Source: a virus
Taxonomy: Duplodnaviria > Caudoviricetes
Direction: 5' to 3' (one strand)
Virus record (IMG/VR): IMGVR_UViG_3300025389_000010
Coordinates: 64,001 to 128,000 of that record
Length of the DNA: 64,000 nucleotides
Positions 1 to 10,366 of this stretch are shown in pieces (positions within the stretch are counted from its first letter, which is position 1; each line of letters opens with the position of its first letter). Made by a program: the position numbers and the translations under genes. The notes below the pieces were generated by a model that ran no database searches, had not been told where the DNA came from, and saw only the letters and a list, made by a program, of their open reading frames with translations.

Positions 1-47
1 ATCTGCTAATCATGATATCAAGCCAGCAAACAAAGAAGACGTTTTAA

Positions 48-977
48 ATGGATAATTATGTTATATACCATATTGATGGTGGTTGTGGTAAAAACATAGC
101 GGGTACTGCTGTTGTTAAATCTATAAAGGAAGCTTATCCGGATCATAAATTGATTGTTGTTAGTGCATATCCTGAAGTTTTTTTACACAATCCAAGCGTT
201 CATCGTGTTTATAAATTTGGTTATCTTCCTTACTTTTTTGATGACTATATCAATAATAAAAATTCAGTTATTTTAAGAGCAGAGCCTTATCATTCTGGTG
301 ATCTTCTTTATAAAAGAAAATCATTGATTGAGATTTGGTGTGATGTTTTTAATATCCCATGTGTTTCAAAAAAACCTGAGTTGTATTTGACACAACGTGA
401 ACTAATGCTTGTGGAAAATAAGATACAAAAAAAGGGTCCAATTTTATTATTGCAAACAAATGGCGGTGCAGAAAAACAAGAAAACAAATATTCATGGTCA
501 AGAGATTTACCACCGGTATTTGCACAGGAATTAGTCAATAGTCTTAAAAATAAATTTGAAAAAATTATTCATGTGAGAAGAGATAATCAACCGGAATTGA
601 AGAATACATTTTCTTATAGTGACAACTTCCGTAATCTTTTTTGTGCAGTATATTTCTCTGATAAGATCATAGCAATTGATTCATTTTTACAACATGCTGC
701 TGCTGCATTTAACAAGAAAGCAACTGTTGGTTGGATATCAAATTCACCTGTTGTTTTTGGTTATGACATTCATGATAATATCGTTGCAAATGGAACGGAA
801 TTGTTTCGTCATAGAATAGATTCTTATCTTGAAAAAGACGATTGGACAGGTGGTAGACCACATGAATGCCCTTATGATAATATCAATAATATTTTTGATA
901 AAAATCAATTTATTGAATCGGTTTTAAATCAAAATATTGAATACACTATTAACCAACCAAGTATAAAATTAATATGA
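48..977 (+). CDS. Glycosyltransferase family 9-like (heptosyltransferase-type GT-B) protein
   Basis: N-terminal GGCGKNI..TAVVKSIKEAYPDHKLIVVSAYPEVFLHNP and C-terminal IAIDSFLQHAAAAFNKKATV match the GT9 pattern. Confidence 0.7.
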   Translation: MDNYVIYHIDGGCGKNIAGTAVVKSIKEAYPDHKLIVVSAYPEVFLHNPSVHRVYKFGYLPYFFDDYINNKNSVILRAEPYHSGDLLYKRKSLIEIWCDVFNIPCVSKKPELYLTQRELMLVENKIQKKGPILLLQTNGGAEKQENKYSWSRDLPPVFAQELVNSLKNKFEKIIHVRRDNQPELKNTFSYSDNFRNLFCAVYFSDKIIAIDSFLQHAAAAFNKKATVGWISNSPVVFGYDIHDNIVANGTELFRHRIDSYLEKDDWTGGRPHECPYDNINNIFDKNQFIESVLNQNIEYTINQPSIKLI

Positions 978-1792
978 TATTTTTTAATTCATCAATGCCT
1001 CGTAGCATGAGTACTCTCATGCAGTGTATACTCGATCAAAACCCACAAATATCTGCAACACCAACTGATCCTGTTCTGGAATATCTTTATGGTGCAAGAA
1101 TGAATTATACCAATACACCGGAAGTAAAAGCTATCGACAAAGATCTTGCGCTTAAAACTTGGAGAGGTTTTTGTTGGGGTGGTTTAGAAGGTTATGCGAA
1201 GGCATATACAAATAAAGAAAATATCTGCATCAAAACAAGAGGCGGTACGATACATTATAATTGGTTTAAATCATTCATGCCATATGAACCGAAGATGATT
1301 TGCATGGTTCGTAATTTAAAAAGCATTATTGCATCAATGGAAAAGCTCTATAGAAACAATCAAGAGAATCATCAGGCAATTCAAAATCATTCCCAAATGA
1401 AAGGTACAACAACCGCAAAGAGAGTTGATGAATGGATAGCTTCTCCGCCTGTTGGAATGGCACTTGAGAGACTTCAACAAACAATTCTTGAGGGTGTTAA
1501 TAAAAAAGTTTTATATGTAAGAGCCGAAGACCTAACGAGCTATCCACAAAGAGAAATGGATAGGATTTACAAGTATCTGGAATTAGATTCTTATAAACAT
1601 GACTTTGATAATGTAGAACAAACAATCAAAGAAGATGATTCTGTTTATGGGTTATCCGATAACCTTCATACCATCCGTAAAAAGGTTCAGCCTTTGATAC
1701 CTGACCATGATGAGATTTTGAGTAAGCAAGTTTGTGAATGGATTGACCAAAGGTTTGCTTGGTATCAACAAGGTTTTAATTATACAAAATAA
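974..1792 (+). CDS. PAPS-dependent sulfotransferase family protein
   Basis: 5'-PSB-like loop SMPRSMSTLM (cf. PRSGSTLL), 3'-PB motif VRNLKSIIAS, VRAEDL. Confidence 0.8.
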   Translation: MIFFNSSMPRSMSTLMQCILDQNPQISATPTDPVLEYLYGARMNYTNTPEVKAIDKDLALKTWRGFCWGGLEGYAKAYTNKENICIKTRGGTIHYNWFKSFMPYEPKMICMVRNLKSIIASMEKLYRNNQENHQAIQNHSQMKGTTTAKRVDEWIASPPVGMALERLQQTILEGVNKKVLYVRAEDLTSYPQREMDRIYKYLELDSYKHDFDNVEQTIKEDDSVYGLSDNLHTIRKKVQPLIPDHDEILSKQVCEWIDQRFAWYQQGFNYTK

Positions 1793-1797
1793 TAAAA

Positions 1798-2517
1798 TTA
1801 AAATGGATATTGTTTATTACCATTAAACAAATATTTTATTTGATTTTGTGTTAAAGGTGTATTCCAAATTCCAACTGCATCTATTGCACCGCTGAAATAA
1901 TATTCATTATTTTCGCCACCACCAACACTAAAAACAGTGTTACCATAAAATGTATATCCATCTGCGATAGTTGCAGAACCTGCAATTTCACCATTAAGAT
2001 ATGCTGTAACATTATTACCTGATCTGGTATATGCAAGATGATACCAAGTGTTAATACTTAAATTTCCTGTACTAAATATATATGGAGCACCGTCATTAAT
2101 GCCTGTATTGATTAGTCCAATTATAAATCCATTATCATTACCACTAATAAAAAAACCATTTCCAAATGGTGCACCCATTATGTGTTGATATCCACTAAAA
2201 TTAAAGTCTGCTTTAAACCACCCGGTTACCGTGAAATCATTATTAACCGGAACACCAAAACTTGTTGTGCCTAATCTATTATTACCATCAAATTGTGCTG
2301 CATACCCATTTATACCAGTGATTGTATAAACACCGCCATTTATATCTGTTAACGTATTGTCATTGCCAGATGAATCAAGCCAGTTAGTATCATCAAAATT
2401 ATAAAAAGCTATAGGATTAGGGATTACTATTGCTGACCATATAGTAGTATTACCAATATAAATTTTATTTATATTAGTATCTCCCAATTTAATATCATTA
2501 ATATCACTATTAATCAT
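1798..2517 (-). CDS. LamG/concanavalin A-like lectin-glucanase domain protein (fibre-associated)
   Basis: FTVTGWFK, WYHLAYTRSG..VTAYLNG, YFSGAIDAVGIWNTPLT LamG signature. Confidence 0.8.
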   Translation of the reverse strand: MINSDINDIKLGDTNINKIYIGNTTIWSAIVIPNPIAFYNFDDTNWLDSSGNDNTLTDINGGVYTITGINGYAAQFDGNNRLGTTSFGVPVNNDFTVTGWFKADFNFSGYQHIMGAPFGNGFFISGNDNGFIIGLINTGINDGAPYIFSTGNLSINTWYHLAYTRSGNNVTAYLNGEIAGSATIADGYTFYGNTVFSVGGGENNEYYFSGAIDAVGIWNTPLTQNQIKYLFNGNKQYPF

Positions 2518-5500
2518 TATGTTATAAGATATAAAGTATTAGAATCTTTTACCGAAAGTCCATCGTATTGACTTTGTGTTAATTTAACAATAGAATATAC
2601 ATCATTTGAAACAACAACTGTACCACTATTATCTGGAAAACAAATTGTACGGTTAGATGTAGCAGTACCACAAATCATTGTTTGTGTATAACCAGAAGCT
2701 GTGCCTAATCCAATACAACCTGATCCATTTGTTATAATTGAACCGCCGCCACTTGATGTATCAATTGAACCGCCGGGAGTAGATAGATTTGTACCAGCGG
2801 ACATATTTAACGTTCCACCGCTTGCACCACACCCGCCGTTTGCTATAATGGAACCACCGTTTGAACTACCACCATGACCGCCATTCATTGTTATTGAACC
2901 GCCATCACCACCATCATTATCACTCCAAGCTGTTCCATTCATGGTAATGCTACCACCGCTACCAGAATGGAATTGACCGCTAGAATTGTTAATTGCATTG
3001 GCTCCGTTTAATGAAATACTACCACCACCGCCACCAGCAGTTACGAAAGCACCATTAAATGCACCAGAACCAGCATTCATGTTAATAGTACCACCATTAG
3101 AGCCACCACCACCGTATAAACTAATGTAACCACCACATCCACCGTTAAGACAAACGGAACCTATATCACTACATCTATATCCAGATCCGGTGCCACCGTT
3201 CAAATTAATATATCCAGCATTACCACCCGGCACATATGCTGGAGTAAAACCATCTTGGTTTGCGTAATTATTTACATCGATATAACATCCACCAGCATTC
3301 AATATAATGCTTCCAGCATTTGAACAAAGATTTCCATTCATGTTAATGCTGCCACCATGTCCGCAAGCACCACCTATCATGGAAATTGATCCACCATTGC
3401 CGCCAGTTGTTTCTATATATTGATTAGATATATTTGAAACTCCACCAGATAAATTTATTGATCCGCCGTTGCCACCTGCAACATAAGCACCACTTGAAGT
3501 ATCTTCACTCCAATTACCTCCATTGATAATAATAGAACCAGCATTACCGCCAGTTGCAGCATCGCTACAACCGCCATTTAAACATATAATTCCACCTAAT
3601 CCACCAGACGTACCATTTGATCCATTACCGCCATTTATACTAATATAACCACCATTTGAAACAAATATTTCTGAGTCGGTTATATATCCAGATGCACCAT
3701 AAAAAACCGTAGATGTTATATATGGATTTGTTTCTCTTAATGCAAGAGTACCGTCGTTATCTGGAAAACAAATTGTACGGTTGTGAGTGGCAGTACCACA
3801 AAGCATTGTTTGGTTATAATTAGAAGCTGTGCCTAATCCAATACAACCTGATCCATTTGTTATAATTGAACCGCCGCCACTTGATGTATCTATAGATCCA
3901 GCATTTCTAAAAGTATCACCTCTCATTGTTATAGAACCGCCATTTCCTCCCGGTCCATTAATTTCACCATTTGATCCTCTTAAATCTATAACACCACCAA
4001 AACCTCCATTTGTAGTATTAAAACCATCAAAATATCCATCTCCGCCATCGAGTATGAGGCAACCTGCATTACCACCAAGGCCAACATTTCCATTACCACC
4101 GCTAAATGAAATACACCCAGCATTACCACCCGTTCCAATATATGGACCAGAATAATCACCGCCTTTTCCTATAATATATCCACCTTTACCAGCGCATATA
4201 GCAGGGTCTGTTCCTGCATTTATAAGTTGACCTGCATTTAAATTTAAATATCCAGCATCAGAACCGCATGTTGCTCCGGATGCATTAGATCCTTTAAGTG
4301 TTATACAGCCACCATTTCCACCATTTCCTTTATTATCATTATCAGCATAATCAGCATTACCTCCAGATATATCTATAAAACCTCCAATACCGCCATGAAC
4401 ACCATCAAAGGAAATTCCACTTATTCCTTCAAAAATTGTAGCTTTAACTGAGCTTAAAGATAGTAAATTGTTAACATGTGCTGTATTCTTTTGAAGAGTG
4501 ATTATATTTGAACCAATTACAAAAGAATTACAATCTTTTGCAATATTATCATGACCACCCATTATTGCAGAATAATTTGCGGATGCATTATTATTTCCCT
4601 TTTTTGGTTCTATAGAATAATAAGGTGAATCATTTACACCATATTGATATATGGAAGCAGCTTCTCCTATTGAAGATAAAGCTCTACCGGTCGTATCATA
4701 AGATGCGGTTAATGCAAAAGTTGATGTATATGAATCATATGCATATCCTGATGTTGTAGCATAATAAGCACTACCTGTTGAGCCATTTGGTGCCCACAAT
4801 GAGCCAGAAACAGTAAGGTTGTTAGTATATGTTGTATCATCGTTATAAGATGATAGCGCAGAACCTAATGTAAAAGAATTATTATTTCTTATGCAGTTAT
4901 TTTGACCACCTAAAATGCCAGAATAATTACCAGAAATAAAATTTGCACATCCACCGACTATGTTGGAATGTGTGCCCATTATGCAGTTTAATTTACCACC
5001 AACTATATTTGAAAAATCGGTTATATTATTAAAATAATATCCAGAAGATGTTGAATCAATCCAGTTGCAAACACCGCCACCTACGGTTGCATAATTACCA
5101 GTAACAAATCCAGAAATACCGCTTGTTATTGATGAATAGTATGCAGAAGCTGTGTTTTGTTGTCCGGAAACAACGCTAGATTGATACCCAGAAGCTGTAT
5201 TTTGAAATCCACCTCCAACAAAAGAATAAAGATTTACAGTATTTGAAGAACCGCCACCTATTGTACCAACAGCATAAGCACCATTGAAATATCCACCACT
5301 TATCACGGCACCATTGCCAGAAATTTGATTGAAAATACCACCACCTACAAAAGAATTGGAAGAACCAACACCAATGGAACTAAAAGAACCTCCAGCTATT
5401 GCGCTATTATCTGCTAATACTTGATTATAAGACCCGCCACCTACAGTGGATGTTGCTCCTGTTACTTGATTATAACCACCACCGTTTATTGTTGTGCCAT

Positions 5501-6092
5501 CACCAATTGCTTGATTGAAGCTACCTCCGTTTACAACAGATGCATATCCAGATGATGAATTATAAAAACCACCAACAACAACACTATATCCTGATATAGC
5601 TTGATTGTGTGTACCTCCAATAACAATTGATTGTGTATCGGTAGCACTATTATTAGTACCACTACCTATATATGAATAATTTCCAGTTGCCGAATTATTA
5701 CCATACATTGGATGAATGGCATATGTTTCATCCTCTAAATAATATGGTAATTTATCAGCATATAACCTACCGGTTGCGCTGATTACACCAACAACTGAAA
5801 GTCTTTTATCAGGCGTTGATGTACCTATACCAATATTATCATTAAAGAGAACTAAATTATCATTATTATTTGAAAATTTTCTAGAATCACCGTATGTTGA
5901 TGCATTTGTTATTACCGGAAAATAATAAGCAGAATTAGCAACTGTATATGTAAGCTCTGTAGGTATACCTAAACTTGGTTCTGCCTTTCTTAAATTTATA
6001 AAATTATACTGATAAGCATTTACATTTGTATTTTGATCCAATGGATCTAACTGCACATTACCAGAAGCTGTTGGAGGTATAATAGTTGACAT
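2517..6092 (-). CDS. Glycine-rich tail fibre/adhesin-like protein
   Basis: 1191 aa; periodic GGxxN repeats then GGxGGxIxxxGG repeats; IGIGTSTP motif; adjacent to LamG and portal genes; TAAGTA late box at 6103-6108. Confidence 0.6.
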   Translation of the reverse strand: MSTIIPPTASGNVQLDPLDQNTNVNAYQYNFINLRKAEPSLGIPTELTYTVANSAYYFPVITNASTYGDSRKFSNNNDNLVLFNDNIGIGTSTPDKRLSVVGVISATGRLYADKLPYYLEDETYAIHPMYGNNSATGNYSYIGSGTNNSATDTQSIVIGGTHNQAISGYSVVVGGFYNSSSGYASVVNGGSFNQAIGDGTTINGGGYNQVTGATSTVGGGSYNQVLADNSAIAGGSFSSIGVGSSNSFVGGGIFNQISGNGAVISGGYFNGAYAVGTIGGGSSNTVNLYSFVGGGFQNTASGYQSSVVSGQQNTASAYYSSITSGISGFVTGNYATVGGGVCNWIDSTSSGYYFNNITDFSNIVGGKLNCIMGTHSNIVGGCANFISGNYSGILGGQNNCIRNNNSFTLGSALSSYNDDTTYTNNLTVSGSLWAPNGSTGSAYYATTSGYAYDSYTSTFALTASYDTTGRALSSIGEAASIYQYGVNDSPYYSIEPKKGNNNASANYSAIMGGHDNIAKDCNSFVIGSNIITLQKNTAHVNNLLSLSSVKATIFEGISGISFDGVHGGIGGFIDISGGNADYADNDNKGNGGNGGCITLKGSNASGATCGSDAGYLNLNAGQLINAGTDPAICAGKGGYIIGKGGDYSGPYIGTGGNAGCISFSGGNGNVGLGGNAGCLILDGGDGYFDGFNTTNGGFGGVIDLRGSNGEINGPGGNGGSITMRGDTFRNAGSIDTSSGGGSIITNGSGCIGLGTASNYNQTMLCGTATHNRTICFPDNDGTLALRETNPYITSTVFYGASGYITDSEIFVSNGGYISINGGNGSNGTSGGLGGIICLNGGCSDAATGGNAGSIIINGGNWSEDTSSGAYVAGGNGGSINLSGGVSNISNQYIETTGGNGGSISMIGGACGHGGSINMNGNLCSNAGSIILNAGGCYIDVNNYANQDGFTPAYVPGGNAGYINLNGGTGSGYRCSDIGSVCLNGGCGGYISLYGGGGSNGGTINMNAGSGAFNGAFVTAGGGGGSISLNGANAINNSSGQFHSGSGGSITMNGTAWSDNDGGDGGSITMNGGHGGSSNGGSIIANGGCGASGGTLNMSAGTNLSTPGGSIDTSSGGGSIITNGSGCIGLGTASGYTQTMICGTATSNRTICFPDNSGTVVVSNDVYSIVKLTQSQYDGLSVKDSNTLYLIT
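2629..2762. repeat. 134-bp internal duplication in fibre gene, copy A (copy B 3757-3890)
   Basis: 69-bp identical core 2694-2762 = 3822-3890; encodes GSIDTSSGGGSIITNGSGCIGLGTAS..QTM.CGTAT.NRTICFPDN. Confidence 0.95.
3757..3890. repeat. 134-bp internal duplication in fibre gene, copy B
   Basis: Direct alignment with 2629-2762. Confidence 0.95.
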
Positions 6093-6126
6093 ATATTAAA
6101 AATACTTACATATTTTATTCTTATAA

Positions 6127-8013
6127 TTAGGATGCAATTGGTGTTGTTGGAGCAGTTGGTGCTGCACCAGCTTCAGGTGTTGTTGGTGCTGCACCAGCTT
6201 CAGGTGTTGGTGCGGCTTCTGATCCCGGTGTAGTTTCTTCTCCTGCTCCTCCACCTCCGCCAAATTCTGGTATTTCTAAACCTCCGCCACCGCCTCCGCC
6301 ACCAAGTGGTGATGCTCCACCACCTGCGCTTTGTGCTGCTTCTTCAGCTGCTGCAATGTGTTCTCTCCAATTTGGACCTGTAGTTGAAATTTGTTCAAGT
6401 TCCCACTTCAAAGCAGCATCTTTTCTAAGCCATTCCATGTTTTCACTGATTCTTGCATCATTAAATTCAAGATAATGACGTTGAGCAAACGTTTTTGATA
6501 TGGACTCATTATTGGACATGTCGCTAAATAGCTTCATTTTGAGTTCAAGCTCTTGGTTTTTTCTAATTGCAAAGAAATTAGAAGGTGGATTAAACTCAAG
6601 ATGGAAATAAGATTCGTGCATCTTGAATTCTTTCCACCAACCTCTGAGTTTTAAGTGAGTAATGAACGCATTTTTGAGTCCATCTGCAAATTGTGCCTGT
6701 AAACGAACAATAAATTTAGCAAAATGCAATTCTTCTCTTAATATTTCGGCTCCATCCTTGTATCCATCCTCTGGGTTGAGTCTTGTGAGAGGAACTTTGA
6801 GAGATTTGTACAATTTATTGACAAAATACATCAAATCTTTGAGTTCTCCAAGGTTTTGACCACCCGGAAGTGTTTCAACATCAGATCCAGAGCCGTTTGG
6901 ACCCTTTGCGAACCAATATGAGTCAAGCATTGACTGTGGATCATAGATATTTGATGCTCCCGGTGATGCCTGAGATCCATCATATGTCTTTTTGTTCCAA
7001 TATGATTGCATTAATTGCTTTAAATACGCTTCAGCCTTTGCTGGTGGCATGTTTCCAACATCAATTTTGAATTTAAGACGTTCTGGTGCTCTTACTAATC
7101 TATAAATTACTATCGCATCTTCAATCAAAGACAATTGTTTATACGCTCTTCTGCAATTTTCAATGAAAGGAATCCTTATTGTGGCATCTTCGTTCCACAT
7201 ACCAGAATTAATATATGTAATCTGATTACCTTGGAATGTAATAATTTGTTGTTGAAGAGAATTTGCAGGACTTGGTTGTGTGCTTGGTTGCTGCAATGCA
7301 ACATTTTTGTTATCTTGAACACTTATTGGTTTTTGAAATATGAAATTTTGAATAACATTGTTTTGTACATTGTCATAAATTGGATTAATAAGTTCACCGG
7401 GAATGTTTAAAACACCAATGATACCCAATTCTTTCTTTTCTTCGTGTATAATATTTTCAAAAAATATCTCAGCTTCCGTTAAAAGTTGTCTACAATAACC
7501 CCAACCTTTAGTTTCTAAATCAAAAATATTAATAAATTTATAATATTCCTTTTCGATTTCATTTCTTTCTTCGGCTGTTATCTTTGAAAAAGGTGAAAAT
7601 TTGAGTTTTAATATTTTGCCATTTTCATCTTTGTTGATAAATTCATCACAAATTTCATCCAAGCAATCTGAAACTTCTGCATATGCGCCCATTCTGCGAT
7701 ATTCAGCTATTCTTCTTATTTTATCACTGTCAATACTGGCATAAATGTATTTATGATAATTTTGATTTGATCCAAAAGTGTTTGGACCATAAACACTTCC
7801 ATCCTGCATGAATGGTCCTGTTATTACAGACTGTTGTAAAAGTCTTAGTTCTTTTCTTTTTGAAAGTTTTTCAAATAATTCATATTTTGGATTATTAACA
7901 TCTGCTTCCAATGTTGTTTTAACATAAGGAAGTTTTGATAAAATAGAAGAAACGAAGTTTCTACTTCCATTATCTGGTTGCTTTATACTACTTGACTGAA
8001 AATAATCGGGCAT
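6127..8013 (-). CDS. gp20: T4-like portal vertex protein
   Basis: EDAIVIYRLVRAPER..FKIDVGNMP..KAEAYL, MLDSYW, VETLPGGQNLGE..D..YF..KLYKSLKVP..RL. Confidence 0.97.
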   Translation of the reverse strand: MPDYFQSSSIKQPDNGSRNFVSSILSKLPYVKTTLEADVNNPKYELFEKLSKRKELRLLQQSVITGPFMQDGSVYGPNTFGSNQNYHKYIYASIDSDKIRRIAEYRRMGAYAEVSDCLDEICDEFINKDENGKILKLKFSPFSKITAEERNEIEKEYYKFINIFDLETKGWGYCRQLLTEAEIFFENIIHEEKKELGIIGVLNIPGELINPIYDNVQNNVIQNFIFQKPISVQDNKNVALQQPSTQPSPANSLQQQIITFQGNQITYINSGMWNEDATIRIPFIENCRRAYKQLSLIEDAIVIYRLVRAPERLKFKIDVGNMPPAKAEAYLKQLMQSYWNKKTYDGSQASPGASNIYDPQSMLDSYWFAKGPNGSGSDVETLPGGQNLGELKDLMYFVNKLYKSLKVPLTRLNPEDGYKDGAEILREELHFAKFIVRLQAQFADGLKNAFITHLKLRGWWKEFKMHESYFHLEFNPPSNFFAIRKNQELELKMKLFSDMSNNESISKTFAQRHYLEFNDARISENMEWLRKDAALKWELEQISTTGPNWREHIAAAEEAAQSAGGGASPLGGGGGGGGLEIPEFGGGGGAGEETTPGSEAAPTPEAGAAPTTPEAGAAPTAPTTPIAS

Positions 8014-8024
8014 ATTATACTTTA

Positions 8025-8030
8025 TATTTA
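8025..8030 (-). promoter_or_regulatory. T4-type late promoter box TAAATA (portal)
   Basis: TAAATA 11 nt upstream of the portal ATG; gp55 is encoded in the window. Confidence 0.6.
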
Positions 8031-8077
8031 TTCAAAAAATTCAATATATCAATTTTTATTTGAATAAGTATTTACAT

Positions 8078-8431
8078 ATGGCACTCACTAATTTAGATTT
8101 ACCTGAAACAGTTTCAACTAATACATGGAATGGAACAGGTGTTTTACAAATATTAACAGATAACGGTAATCCTATAAATTTAACAGATTGTTTAATAGAA
8201 ATGAAAGTGAGATTATCTTTTGATAGTCCTTCAGTTTTATATTTTTCAACAACAGATGAAACTATTGGAATTGTTAACCCAAATACACTAGGTAAATTCT
8301 TTATTGAGCCGAGAATAATCGATATACCTCCCGGTTTATATCAATATGATATAAAAGTTACTTTTCCAAGTGGTGATGTTAGAACATATTACAGTGGTAC
8401 TTGGAATATTCTTCCTTGTATAACACGATAA
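8078..8431 (+). CDS. Hypothetical virion beta-sandwich protein (BppU N-terminal-like)
   Basis: PINLTDCLIEMKVR...GKFFIEP..IDIPPGLYQYDIKVTFPSGDVRTYYSGTWNI; ATG at 8078 follows TAAGTA (8065-8070). Confidence 0.5.
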   Translation: MALTNLDLPETVSTNTWNGTGVLQILTDNGNPINLTDCLIEMKVRLSFDSPSVLYFSTTDETIGIVNPNTLGKFFIEPRIIDIPPGLYQYDIKVTFPSGDVRTYYSGTWNILPCITR

Positions 8432-8435
8432 TTTA

Positions 8436-9851
8436 TTAATGCGATCTTGATTTTGTTGGCGTAACTGATGGCGTTGATGTTCGTGTGCAAGTTACTGTAG
8501 GTGTTGGTGTAACACTAATAACTGTTGTTGAAGTTACAGATGCCGTTGGTGTTTTTGTTATATCAGGTGTAACTTGTGGTGTATAATCAGGAGTTGCTTG
8601 TGGTGTACCTGTGTTTGTTGGTGTAACAAAAACAAACCCTCTTGATGCGGTAGCTGTGGGTGTTTTTGTTGGAGTAACAGGTATATTACCTGATGTGGGT
8701 GTTACTGTTGAAGTTGGAGTTACTGTTGAAGTTGGCGTAACGGTATTAGATGGTGTAATCGGTAATGTAATATCAGGCGTTACTTGTGGTGTACCTGTGT
8801 TTGTTGGTGTCGGTGTTGTTGTAGGTGTTCCTGTTGGGGTTGGTGTAGCTGCTGTATTTAAAATATTAATATATACTGTACCGGAACCATAAAGATAAAG
8901 CTGTACATTATTTTGATCAACTTGTAAAGTGCTTACACTGACACCACTTGTTGTATATCCAGCATAATATGCATAAGGTAAAGTTATGAAAGCTCCGCCG
9001 GGTTGACCATCTTGCGCCGTACCCGGTCTGTTTGAATATCCACTGTTACCGCCTATTCCTGCATTATTTGGGTATTGGGGTCCAGAAGCACCGTATGAAT
9101 TAGGACCATAAGAAACAGGGCAGAATGTAGGTGACCAATAAAACCCTGTTGATCCTGCTCCACCGTTACCACCAATAGCAGATGCAATAAGATTGTTTTT
9201 ATAAATAAGAATCGTATTACCACCATTTTGACCGTTGGCACCATCGGTATTTGAGTTTAGAGTGTGTCCTGCGGCTCCGCCAGCACCAATATCAATTCTT
9301 ATAGGATCAGTATTTAAGGATGCTGAAAATGCACCTGATATTTCGCTACCTGCACCACCACCATATGCGCTAATAGTTGCACATGTAAAATTTCCAGCAT
9401 GAATATCATTTGAATAGGCAGAATCACCACCACCACCACCGGCACCTTTAATTCTATAACTGACATTAAAATTAAAACCAGCTGATGGTGTGTTCGTTGG
9501 TGTATATGTTGGGGTTACTGTTAATTGTGGTGTTGGTTGGTTTGTATTATCAGGTGTAGGAAATGGTGTTTTTGTACTTGTATTTGTCGGAGTGGGTGTT
9601 TTTGAAGAAGTTGGAGTCTTTGAAGAAGTTGGAGTTGTAGTAGCACCAAGTGTCGGTTGTGGTGTATGTGTCTTTGTGGCAACGGGTGTTGCGGTATTTG
9701 TTGGCGTAACTGATGGCGTTGTAGTTTGTGTTTTTGTTTGTGTAGGTTGCGGTGTTGCCGACTTCGTTGCAAGTGGTGTTTTTGTACTGGTTGGAGTACC
9801 AGTACGTGTTGGTGTAGGAGTTTTTGTTGGCAATACAGCTGCGGGATTCAT
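8436..9851 (-). CDS. Thr/Pro-rich mucin-like protein with central glycine-rich domain
   Basis: TPT/PT repeats at both ends around a GAGGGGG..GGAG..GGNGG domain; TAAGTA box at 9864-9869; 27-bp DNA repeat 8598-8624 = 8784-8810. Confidence 0.75.
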   Translation of the reverse strand: MNPAAVLPTKTPTPTRTGTPTSTKTPLATKSATPQPTQTKTQTTTPSVTPTNTATPVATKTHTPQPTLGATTTPTSSKTPTSSKTPTPTNTSTKTPFPTPDNTNQPTPQLTVTPTYTPTNTPSAGFNFNVSYRIKGAGGGGGDSAYSNDIHAGNFTCATISAYGGGAGSEISGAFSASLNTDPIRIDIGAGGAAGHTLNSNTDGANGQNGGNTILIYKNNLIASAIGGNGGAGSTGFYWSPTFCPVSYGPNSYGASGPQYPNNAGIGGNSGYSNRPGTAQDGQPGGAFITLPYAYYAGYTTSGVSVSTLQVDQNNVQLYLYGSGTVYINILNTAATPTPTGTPTTTPTPTNTGTPQVTPDITLPITPSNTVTPTSTVTPTSTVTPTSGNIPVTPTKTPTATASRGFVFVTPTNTGTPQATPDYTPQVTPDITKTPTASVTSTTVISVTPTPTVTCTRTSTPSVTPTKSRSH

Positions 9852-9896
9852 ATTATATAATAATACTTAACTTTTTTTGTGCACAATTTTTAAATT

Positions 9897-10358
9897 TTAA
9901 ATATATTCTATTTGTATACCAAATATACTAGGGTTTTGTGTATATGCTGATATATCATATGCTGTTGAAATTTTAGAATTGCTATCTTTTATCAAAGAAC
10001 CATATCCTGCTTCGTTTTCAACTATAACATCAACATATCCATTTATTTTTGGAATTTGTGGGAAATAAAAAGCTACAAATTGTTCATTATAAACAAAATT
10101 TTGAAGTTTTACGGCACTAAAAGGTGGATTATTTGCTGATAGGTTATTTACATTTGAAAATATGTCATAATATGAAATATTATCAAACATTGATGTATCC
10201 GATGCGCTTAAATATACATTTCTAATATCTTTTAGAAAAGGACTTTTAACTAAAAATTCTAATTTATCAATTAAATCAGTATATTGGTTTACATACACAA
10301 CATTTCTGTTTATGCTTATTAAAAATGGTTTTGCTGAAATTACAAAATGATCTTGCAT
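9897..10358 (-). CDS. Hypothetical protein (late)
   Basis: 153-aa ORF with TAAATA at 10364-10369. Confidence 0.6.
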   Translation of the reverse strand: MQDHFVISAKPFLISINRNVVYVNQYTDLIDKLEFLVKSPFLKDIRNVYLSASDTSMFDNISYYDIFSNVNNLSANNPPFSAVKLQNFVYNEQFVAFYFPQIPKINGYVDVIVENEAGYGSLIKDSNSKISTAYDISAYTQNPSIFGIQIEYI

Positions 10359-10366
10359 GATATTAT

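Noticed and set aside
8611-9870. Plus-strand V/G-rich ORFs (8611-8892, 9490-9870) and similar shadows such as 3829-4155
   Set aside because: Antisense mirrors of T/P- or Gly-repeat genes, with no independent signals
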